Of a DNA stretch of 64,000 nt, positions 53,101-64,000 are shown in pieces. The position numbers were made by a program, and so were the translations under genes. The notes beneath the pieces were generated by a model. The model ran no database searches. It was not told the DNA's origin and worked only from the letters and a program-made list of their open reading frames with translations. Within the stretch, counting starts at the first letter, position 1. Every line of letters begins with the position of its first letter. Where the stretch lies: positions 17,050,001-17,114,000 of the forward strand of contig CM120641.1 in NCBI GenBank assembly GCA_051362555.1, given 5' to 3'. Origin of the DNA: Lingula anatina. Lineage: Eukaryota; Animalia; Brachiopoda.

Positions 53101-54555
53101 GTGGGAATCGTAATAAGTCACCGATAAATAATTCGATAGGAACTAAAATTGAACGTCCAAGATTACCGAATCACTATCAAAACAATGTAGTGACATGAGA
53201 ATGTGGACGCAGGTATGATATGCCTAGACAGTAAAATATGCGACAGTCCTCCTTTTACGAGGGACATGTGATAGTTATATTATACACAGTGTGTTAAATA
53301 TTCACCTGGGACTGGCTGTGCTGAGACAGTTGGTCGTGTGAGAGGACTCCTTCTATTCAAGTACACGTCTAATAGGTGTGATAAGGATATCATTTGCTTA
53401 AGTTTCAGGTAAGCTTTACATTTTACAGAAACAATTAGATGGTTAGATATACAAGTCAATGGATGTATTTATAATGGTATATGAATACAGTCTAGCCTGC
53501 GTATGCCGTACCTGTGCCATGCAGCAGAGCGTTCATATGAGAGGACATTAACAGTGACACCGATGATCTCCCCTTCATATGAAAAGTTTTAATACCAGAG
53601 AAAAGTAACATTAAAGTTCTGTAGGTCCATTTACATACCTGGTGCAAAGTATTTTAAGACGGACATTCTAGCTCTTTTTTTTTCTTTGTATTCTCATGTT
53701 ACCTAAAACGTAAGAGGAGGAGAGGTGTTAGGGGACAGGACCCGTTTACTAACAGGCACAACGAAATCTAACCAATCAATACGACGGAACCCACTGTGTT
53801 AAACAACGCGTCGAAAACTGCTGCTTCTTGTGATAAAATCAGACACTCTAGTGAAAGGTGACAGTACCACTGACCCGTTAATGACATTAGTAAAGCATTT
53901 TTTTTTGCAGTGACATATGTATGTCTGGAATAATGACCAGTGCACGGTATATTGACAAGATAATACCTGACCGCCAGTAACTTGACAGTTTAAAAAATTG
54001 GGGGTATATGAGGGGCATCGTTAAAAAAGGATATATAATAACAATCAGAAGGATGTGGTGACAGGTACTGAAATTTCAATGGTTGCTTGTCAAGTGGGTC
54101 TAGAAACGAAAGTGGGAGGGTTTTTTACTTCTTTAAAGATCGTCGTATTCTGACAGAGATGGCTAAGAGCGTGACGAAAATGCACTATTTGATGAAACGA
54201 TGTGGTAATTATTTCGTCTTAGATAATCTGATGTTTGACTGTTGTTCGACTGATTTGAGTTGCATAAATAATTGACATTGCATACACTCACTGTAGATAT
54301 TTTATAAAAATCCCTCAGGGCGGTGCTCGTTGGTTTAAAAAGGGAACTGTATTATTTCCTGCATGAAAATGAGGGCATTTTTAAAAAAAGTTATATATAC
54401 CACTTCAGAGGAATACCGACAGCACCCGGAAACTTAGAAAGAGAATTCTGTATTAATACCGAAATGCGTGGAAAGTAGCCGCGTGTACTTTAACGATAGT
54501 TACAAACACCCCGTGGCGTCGTCATATTTCACTAAGTTGAACTGTTGTTTCGGTC

Positions 54556-54602
<47 letters not shown>

Positions 54603-57600
54603 AGTTATAGATATCTGTATATTTGCAACTGGGTGATTGATGAGATGTTCAACGGACTTTCCTGGTGGACTGCCATTACTGATATCTATATTTCATTTCG
54701 TCATTGACAGACTGCTACTACATTAATTGGGTCACATTTCCAGTTTCATTCACAGTTCCCGTATTTGATAACGCATTTAGGGAGCATGCATTGCCTGCGA
54801 GGCTTTGACGAGGTCGCGATACAAAGTTAAATGTTCTGTGTATCAGAAAAGATTCCGTTGTCAGTTTTTTTAAACAAATGAACAAATTAATTTGCCTACC
54901 ATAACTTAGTCTGATATTTACATTGCTGAGCGTGCTCGTGCAGTTCAAATTGATAGACTGATGTCTGTAAAAACAGTTGATGTTAAGCATGATTGCTTTG
55001 GACACTGCTTTACACTCCTCAGACCACCGTAGACCACCAGTAGGCATTGACAGTCCATTCATCTCACCAATGACAATAGGGGCACAGTCAGTGGTTACAT
55101 ATTAAAGAGCCTCATCTTTTAATATTAGACAAAGTCCATTTAAAAAGATAGGAAAAATGTTTATGAACAACACATTCAGATATCACAAAGTAACTACACC
55201 AAGCTCGCAGCATTCATAACATTGAGAAGTAAAAGAAAATAAAATGAAAACAGAAAACGGTAATCGCACTGTTTGTGACCATGTTCCTTGTAAATGTGAC
55301 GGGGTTGGTGATAGCGATATGATTATGTGTAGATATAGTATTTATATGAGATAAAGGGGTGGAGTTTAATCAGATTAGGCCTACACAGGATGAATTCTGA
55401 AAACTTAAGATTAAATTTAATACCACGTAAACTATCCTGTCTAGCCTTGTGGTAAAATTGTACGATGTAAAACCGACCTCACTCTCAGAGCCTCCAGAGG
55501 CTGATGCAAATTATGATTCTTTTTTTTCAAAGATTTTTTTATCAACCAATGTCAAACCATGCTATTGTTATAGTAGAGTCGGAACATTGGATGCAACTAA
55601 AGATGTGTGGCTGATCTTTGTGTGTCTTTGGAAATATGATAACTAGCATAAACCGGTGGTGTCACCCAACAGAGTAGAAAACTAGCACCGGAGACCTCCA
55701 GGTTCTTTTTACAAAACAAACATATTAGCTAAACGCTAATGCATACAGGTGAATATAAAACCGTTAGGAAAAAACGGGAACAACTGCACATAATAACACA
55801 GTTGGTCTCTGAGTCAAATTAGTGATTTCGGGTTACATACGACAGACCTTTTACTGACGGTTGACAGGTTTTCCCACGCTGGGGTAACGTATTACCTCAC
55901 TTCTAAATGATTTTCTTTGGGTTTTCATCATTATCGCACAGCAGAAAATATAGGTGGTTTTGAGATGACGGGCAATCACCTAGACTTGACACGTAAAACG
56001 CCCCCCTTTTGACTCTGTGCTTGCGATACAAATTTATTAGAGGGGACTTTGTTGCTAAGGAGCAAGCGCTTTGGTTGAGATGAAAATATTGCAATCTGAG
56101 ATGTAACACTACAGCTAGGTTAGGTTCAGAACTGTGTCTGTACAAATGTATTTTTTCTGTTGTTTCTCGCTATATCTTCCTCTTCTGTCAAGCTCGGTGT
56201 GATTACTACACTCAGTACATTTTCCATCTTGTTAACGTACATAATATAGTGCGGGCTTTAATCTAACTTGTCGTGAAACACGTGTACACGGTTTACCAAT
56301 ATTCAAGTCAGATGAAGTCCAGAGTCTACACTCTTTAAATAAAGTGCATGTTTTATGTTGGAAACCTTTTTTTTTTTAAACTTTGAACTGTTGCAACCAG
56401 AGTCCTATTCTTATTACCATACTTTTCATTATATTTATTCTGTTTTGTTTTGTTTTGTTTTATTTCATTGTATTCCATTTCATATAGGGGAGGGCAGTAT
56501 CCTGTTATACAAGCTATCTCCATGTCCGTATGTGGTTGTTGCTTAATGAAAAAACTGTGTGTTTGCAGATGAGTGTATTGCCGAGCTCGAGTGTTCTGTG
56601 TCAAGTTGTGCGATGCATAGAGCCCTTGTTAAAATGCAGAGCAAAACGTTTTTATGTGATTTGCATCTGGAGTATGATGAATACAAACAATGGATATCAA
56701 CACATGCGTAGAGAAATGCAATTTACACTGTAGGAGCAACCGGTATCTGTCGTAACTATTCACGATTTTATTACTTCATACCTCACGCCTTGTTCCTGCT
56801 TCAGGGTATGATGGCGTGTTCCCGTCGGAAAACTGCACTCATAATATTTAATATAACTTTCAGTTTAATATTGCTCGGTCATTTTATGGCTCTTCCTTTA
56901 TTATCTGACATATATACGTTATTCTTTTTTAATTACTGGCACGCCCATATCTTTATTTCTGATTTCAGAAAAATTTACGGGAAGCTGCTTTTGGTAATAC
57001 TTTAGTGGCATTAAAAGAGGAGACAGAGAAGCAGAGGAAGAAACATGCACTGATCACAGAGTTCAAAGGATTTATGGAGAAAATTAGGTCAAAAAAGGTG
57101 AGGAAATTGGAAGATGAACACGTTCACAGAAATCCGTTAGTTTGCAATTTATTGGATGATCATGTGACTTCTAATTACGTTAGACATAATCAGTATAGTG
57201 GACTGTACTTAGACTTTCAATATCTAAGCAAATATTTCCTCTTGGATATAGGATAAAGTGTAATTATGTTGCCCAAACCTTGTACCACCGATATGCTGAC
57301 AGAGGTTACCCTGAAATTAAAAGTTCGATTTTTGCCCAGTTATATAGCAGGCGAGTTTCCCGCCAGTTGACGTGAATGTCTGCCAGAATGTGAAACTCAG
57401 GGTTACGAAGTTATCACGGCAAATGCCACACATCATCTTTGCTATGCGTTGCACTGTGTCCTGGCTATCAATTTACACAGTCTCAATTTGGTAAAAATGC
57501 CTTGTTCATCACAGTTTTTCAAGGTTATGTCTTGTGGTTTAACATTTCATGGAGTTTTAAGCGTGTAGTATTAAACCCATACTGCACATATTGTGGATCT

Positions 57601-58000
57601 TTCTCATCAGTTAGAGCCGCCTGTTATGTGAAATTTAGTCTATATGAAATCAAGTATTATTAATCAGAAAAGTGATTTAATTACAAAGTGCTACCCGACC
57701 AAAAATAGTTGTTTTCGTTCATATCAATGATTTTCTCATTTGTCAAACAAATGCTGTGATATGAGAAAGTGATCATGTTTAATTAAGTCCTTGGACCAGC
57801 GTCCGTCGTTGAGGCCCTTATCAATTGCCCACGTTAATCTTATCTGTGAATGTGTGGGCAGGATTAGCATGTTCATGTACAGTTAATTTAATTGTTGTTT
57901 GTTCGTTATTAATGCAGGCAAGGAAGGAGGTGAGTATGGTACTTGGCTAATATTGCATGTAATGCAATTACTAATATTTTATGCGTCCAAGTGTGTGTGT

Positions 58001-58037
<37 letters not shown>

Positions 58038-61000
58038 GAGAGGTGTGTTTTACTTAGAAACAACTAAGCAATCCTTGTGTGGATATTCATTCATCACAGC
58101 ATCGCAGCATCGCAGCACAAAGTCAGCATCCACACACGAATGTAATATATCCACATTTAAAATACACAAATATCAGCTAAACATTTTTATCCGCTTACTG
58201 AAAAAAATACAAGAAAAACATTCGATATTTGCTGGCAGGTTCATACCGCAGCGAACCCTGTAGGGATGACTGCTGAAGTAAATGAACTGGTAACAATTAA
58301 TTTCTCCACCGCCGCCACATCACGTAAGTGGCCTAGACAAGTGTTGACTCAGTTTCATGATTCCTGTTTTTATTATTTCAGTACACTGAAGAAGAAGTTG
58401 GCAACATGGACACTGCGTATGATTCTCTTCTGGTAAGTTAGATTACCTGGGTTTTGGGGCCTTTAGGCAGGTAGTTAAACTCTTTGATTTTAGTGTATGT
58501 GATTTTAATATTTAAGATATACTTGTGGAAACAGAGGACCACTGGGTGCTCTTCGATTTGCAATTGACTTTGTTTGTGGAGAAGAGGAATTGTTTGTTGG
58601 GAAGCCACCTACATATCATTGCTGCGATTGCTGTCATGCACTCAAAACCCCTCCTATTTGCCATGTTGATTCTTTTATTGGTTTTGGGAGGCCTTAGAAT
58701 GATCATAACAGTTTCGTAAAATTATAAAAAGAAACACATACCCTGGACCTAATTTCATTATATTAAAAACTGCGCCATTTGTTTAGCAGATATGTATGAT
58801 ACTTTAAACCCTCACAATTACGTCGCTTCATGTGACGTAACGTTGCGTTACTTGCCGTAACACCACGTCGCTCAACATAACGTAAGGTTTCCGGCACATC
58901 TGGCATTTTTGTGCGGTTTTAGGTATTGTTTTACATAGCCGATTCCAATTGTCTATTCAAAAGTGATTGCTGTGGGCGCATGATAGGAGTCTAATTAATT
59001 GTATGTCAAGAAAAGTGGTTAGACCAATGCAAGTGAAACTCGTGATTATGAGTCCTATACTGTCCCATTCGGGCCAATTTGTATCCGTTTCCCTCTCGAT
59101 ACATTCTCTCTCTATCTCTCCATGGCTGTATATGTTTTTTTATCATATCATGTGTCTAGTTTTCCAGCTAAGCACATACACTTCAATCATTAACCAACAC
59201 CAGCATGTGGAAATAACAATGGTCGATAGTCTATCTCTGATATCAGAAGTAAAGGTCGATTTGCGCTACTCCCTCTTCAATGCTGCTAAACCTTCCTGCA
59301 AACATGTAGCACGGCATACACAGGCATATATTCTACGGTTATCATATCTGAAACGGGACCTTGAAAATCAAACCCATTAGTAGTTTGCACTATACTAACA
59401 GCGGTGTTGGATCTAAGACGCAAGTTTGTGTTCTACAATGACTTAACAAGGTGCTCGATGGAGGGCCGTAAGGCAGAATTTGAAGGCGTGGAGATCCCTG
59501 TTTATTTGACGGTGTATCACGTATGGATCGACAATACGGTCTCAACCGGTGACTTACACGTAAGCGTCATACCACATGAGTGACACTAACACCTTGAGAC
59601 AGCCGTTGTGTGACAGTGTTTTCTGGATACACTGTGAATTTTGGGTTGTTGTTTGTGATTTTTGAGTATGCCTTGTAACGTTTTGGAAGGCCTGAGTGGA
59701 GAGGGGTGAGGGGAGGAAATACGGAAAGAAGAAATGACCGATGTTTAAACACTGAAATAAGGATATCATAATAACTATTGTCATTAACTAATATTGTTGT
59801 TTATTTTGCATAGAGTCGCTTGTATACACAGCTGTTATGCAGACGTTTTAGAACCAACTTAGTGCAGTGCACTGAAAAAAATAACCCGCCCAAACAGCTA
59901 ACTATGACTATAACATTAAGTCTGAAATGGCATCATTCTGGGATACCTTTAGTTTGATCGTAAATATTATCTTGTTAGTCATAGACCGCAAGAGATATAA
60001 AAAACAAGTTTGTTGATGAAGTGAGTAACTCCCCGCAGAGGACCTTGTGATGCACTTTTTTCCTCTCTGATTGACGTGTACCAGTGTAATTAAGAATCAG
60101 TTCTGCTGGATTCTTTCAGTTTTCTTAATCATATGAAAACAAGGCCAGGAGCTGTTGTTTGTGTGTAAGATCATTGAAGTAAATTATACACGCATTCAGT
60201 TTGGATACAATTATTATTTTTTTCTGCTTTTGCAGAGGGAATTATTTTTATTATTGATTGTACCTTTATACATTGTTTTAACCTAGAATATGTTCATTAT
60301 GCGTGTTCAATTATATTTTCAGACTCTTTCACTAGAGAGACAAAAATGTTTGGAGTCCTTGACGAAAATAGTAGAAATAGAAGAATTATTTCAGGTAAAC
60401 TGTCAGTAGAACAATTGTATAATTGATTTGAAAAATATTCCATTTTAACAGCAGTTAATCAGTGATTATAATACAAGTCAAATCAAGTTGATTTCACACC
60501 AGGACAGTTCCGATAAAAAGTTTTATGAATAAAACCTACTCCTTATATTTGATTACGTTTATCTCCCTCTCCCCCCCCCCCCCCCCCCCTCCTCTCCATA
60601 AATTTCACTAGGTTTATTTCGCTCTCCAGAAAGTATCAGCAGAAGTGGATACAAGAGCGTTGGAGTTAGTATCACAACAACAGGAGTTAAATGAGCAGAT
60701 ACCTTACGATGCTAATACTGCGAAAACATACCAGGTAAATACACATATCAAAAGTGAATATCACCACCTGCAGGCTCCGTGCAGCTATAAAATAAGGCAA
60801 AATACATACGTAAATTAGAAGTATAGATACACGCCCGCAGAGTTCATATTCATAACAAAAAACAGTTGAATTATTTACGTAGTGTAGGAAAAAATGAATA
60901 TTGCAATTATCCCAGATGAAATTATAGATCACAGAGGGGTATAGTAACCATTTTGGAGCCTGATTATAAAGTAGGCGAGTTTAAGTAGTTTTAGGTTTTC

Positions 61001-63971
61001 GATAGAATGGACGATAAGGAAAAATATAGTCTGTAGTTATGATTTTTGAGGGCCCTTTAAGACCAAAAATGAATGCTCTTACTTTGTATTTTCCCTCCAG
61101 AAATCAAAGCATTTTTGTTTATCATTTTAGTCCTGCATGGGTGCAGTTAAGAAGAGCTGGAGCTGGTTGTCTGATCTTACCTGGTGTATGGAGGTTCATG
61201 AGTCACATGCTGCAGAATATCACAAGGTGAGTTCGTTCAAACGACCTGACACGATAATAATATGCCGCGCTACACGACCATGTTTTCAGTGCGTCATGCT
61301 ACGTGACGTGACGTGACGCTACGTTTCCAATACGAAAAGCATTTTAAGCATAATAAAATCTGTTTGCATTTTCTTTAAGCCTTCTGTGAACTAAGTTTGT
61401 AAAAGTAAATTAGGCAACAGTTGGTAAGAAATCCCAGGACAGTGAAATACGTCAAATCAGAATTTGCAATAAAGTGCAAACGACTGAAAAAAAATGGAGA
61501 GGCACACGCTTTTATTATCGACTAGATCTTTATTTCACATTTCTGTTTTAACGCCATATATGTCATAATTTCTGTTTAATATCCCTGTATCTTACCTGAC
61601 ACATGCTTTCCGTTGGTTGTTTTTATTTAAATGTACTTCTTTTTCAGTTTTTTCATGAGGTTAAGCACTACGAAGATAGCTTGGCACAATTCATCAGCGA
61701 GATGTCAAAATCAACCAGGGAAAAATATGCAAAACAAAACAAGAATGTGCAACAACAAATTCTGGACATACGCGTGAGTATTTTAAGAATGACAGTCAGT
61801 CGTGTGTTTTTATTTTCATTAACTTTTTTTGCGCATTGATATTTAAATAATCATCGGGATTAGTTAGCTACTAACGCCGCCAGATGTCTCTTCCGATGCC
61901 TGCTTCTGTTTTTTTTTTCTTTTTTGGATCGTGTACGTATTCCAACGGCCATAAACCATGATGTCTGTGTTGTTTTAGTTTTAAGGTGTCTCGCCATCTA
62001 TATTTGAATAAGACAGCAAATATCGTTTCAAAAATAAAGCTTTTGAAATAGTTAATGTTAGTGAATATAATTGCTCTTTTCACGTATTATTAACTATAAT
62101 ATCCAGGGCATTTTTTTCCGACTGAAGATGGTAATATACACTGCAATGTGACGAAGACCCAGTCATTAACTAGATTTTCAGAAAAATGTCACTGTAATTA
62201 ATAAAAGAAGGTCAAGATAGTTAACGCACTAATTTGATTATCAGCGATATATCACAAGCTATGCGCGTGATAAGTAAAATTTGATGTTTTATCGAATCAC
62301 AAGAGGTGACTCTACATGTACGTCGCTTCTCAGTTTTCTGTTTTTCCTACATAAAAAAACTATTTACTTTCATAACCCACTGCACATTCTATCTAAATAT
62401 CGTTGGTCTATCAAAGTAGGAAACATCTATAAACTGATCTAAGACCTTAAACAGTACTGAGCGTGTTTTAGAACAGCAACTCTTATTTATAGTGAACGTT
62501 GCGCCAACCGCTTTGTAGACTTATTGAAAAAATAAACTTGTTATGCTATCACGGGTTTGTATTATTGAAACAGTTCACTGGCCTTGAATTTTTGATCATG
62601 TTATTAGAAAGGAGTGAAATAGTGACTTAATATGAATAATTATACCGAAAGGAGTAACCAGTTCAGTAGTATCAAAGAGACTGTAAGGTTACAATTTAAT
62701 GAAACACGTAGAGGTAGTAGTCACCATTGAAAGCAATTATGAATGGTTTCTGTAATGTGTAATTTGTCATCCATTTCTGAAGGACATGCAACTTGTCATG
62801 CTAGTCTATAATAGGAAAACTTTGCCATCTGTGTAAATCTAGCTCTTATACCTTACTCTGTCAGGGAGATTTTGTTGTTGTTTTATTAGTGCTCATCATT
62901 TATTGAGTATTCAGTTGTGTGGTTTTCGGAAACCTAATCACGGATAAGCCCAAATAATTTTAATGCATTTTTATAATATCAAAAACAGATTTCAAGGAAA
63001 ACGACCTGTAAAGTTTTTTTTTTTTAATTCTCAAGATGAAGATTATTTAGATTTGTATTTTCCTTGCTGTTTCTAGGAAACGACAAGACGTCTTTTAGAA
63101 CTGCAGACGACAGTGGAAACGCTGTTCGAGCGCAGCGGGACGATTGTTCCTTTGAAATGGAGGAAGGAAATGCCGCCAAACCCACTGAAGATGAAAGCGT
63201 TGGCAGCATATGAACACAAAGACGTAGGTTTATTGATTCTGTCTAAATGAGAGGAATGTTATTTAAAACAACGTTCTTAGATAACATTAATTATCGTTAC
63301 TCAATCAATATATCCCTTAGCTTGAGCTTAGGAAATGCAATATTAAATGGTTTATATAAGATCAAATTGTTAAATATATAAATGGCAAAAATTTCTGGTA
63401 CAAGAATTTTGTATCAGACTACCAGCGCACCGTGTCAAATATAAAAATCTCTGGGTCATTTTTTAAATCATCATACTTGGTCTTTTTTATAATGATTGGG
63501 TTTGATAGCAACGAAGAGAAACTATTTTGGAACATTTTGTTACGCATTTTAGTTTGTTGTCGCAGAGGATGATGAAGTAACACTCTTGGATAACACACAT
63601 GGGACAAAGTGGAAGGTAGGAAATACTTTGATAGTGGTTTTAGTGCGAGGTGACTAGTCTCTATCGCGTAACATAAACATAAGACCTCATCTCAATTACT
63701 AAATAAATAAAACCAATCTAGGTAAGAAATAGGAGACCGTATAAACCACGATGCCTTTGATTTTAACTCCAGCTTACACCAGTAACACAAAACGGGAAAC
63801 AATACTGAAGATTTTCTTGTTAAAACAAGAAACGTATGATAGCAGTTAAAAGTACCACGTTTTGGAATCTTTGTTACAGGTGCGAAGTGCGTCAGGTGTG
63901 GAAAGCATTGCTCCGGCCATTCTCTTCTTGATTCCTTCCCCGGACAGCGAGGCCGTGGACAAGGCTAATGG
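41125..63971 (+). CDS. Plakin-family protein (spectrin repeats SR3-SR5 plus SH3), 5' part; continues beyond the window
   Basis: In-frame GT-AG exon chain: 41125-41190, 52159-52227, 56969-57097, 57918-57929, 58382-58432, 60323-60394, 60630-60734, 61131-61226, 61648-61773, 63077-63223, 63553-63615, 63880-63971. Translation includes LEDCMIWIQQEQKNLREAAFGNTL, MDTAYDSLLTLSLERQKCLESL, WSWLSDLTWCMEVH..AAEYHKFFHEV, IVPLKWR..MKALAAYEHKD..EDDEVTLLDN..KWKV..APAILFLIPSPDSEAVDKA. These are colinear with plectin/dystonin/desmoplakin motifs as I recall them (QWSWMLQL..IEAHLKENAAYFQFF; VQLKPR..AVCDY..WKV..VPSVCFLVPPPN.EA). The first exon is less certain than the rest. Confidence 0.88.
42512..42720. mobile_element. 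hAT-like MITE fragment (one end only)
   Basis: Starts CAGGGGCGGATCTAG followed by G/C-run-rich sequence. No partner TIR found. Confidence 0.35.
47577..47642 (+). CDS. Possible third alternative first coding exon of the plakin gene (MITDCPTGRSSAIHAKRNKLDK)
   Basis: ATG-initiated 66-nt frame ending at a phase-0 donor (AAG|GTGAGC). No homology support. Confidence 0.25.
57991..58031. repeat. (GT)n(GA)n compound microsatellite
   Basis: Read directly. Confidence 0.9.
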
Positions 63972-64000
63972 GTAGGTTTATCATGTTAAATTTCAACTGA

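Noticed and set aside
54557-54600. Long poly-T run as a retrocopy tail
   Set aside because: No recognisable retro-sequence or TSD adjacent.
52210-57010. Alternative plakin start MDTAGT spliced to an acceptor at 57005
   Set aside because: The phase-0 reading via acceptor 56968 restores spectrin-repeat homology (W..Q....FG..L); this alternative does not.
61101-61130. Strong-looking acceptor CCCTCCAG at 61100
   Set aside because: It introduces an in-frame TAG; the acceptor at 61130 keeps the frame. It could be a minor NMD isoform, but there is no evidence.

Overview
AT-rich eukaryotic (animal) genomic DNA with GT-AG introns; a marine invertebrate is my inference from gene content. Most ORFs in the supplied track are spurious or single exons, so genes were assembled by hand from splice sites. 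(1) Two intact tandem 4-exon genes on + encode ~224-aa 'pathogen-related protein'-like (PRP; SnoaL/NTF2-like) proteins. Duplicated flanks imply a third copy just left of the window. (2) Two intact tandem 4-exon ependymin-related (EPDR) genes lie on -. (3) The 5' part of a plakin-family gene lies on + (spectrin repeats SR3-SR5 plus the plakin SH3) and runs off the right edge. It has no visible actin-binding domain, has alternative first coding exons and contains a 12-nt microexon. The PRP array holds RTE-type LINE remnants and copy-specific DNA transposons, including a nested 4.6-kb insertion that splits the copy-2 promoter. Protein-family calls rest on motifs recalled from memory, not on database searches.
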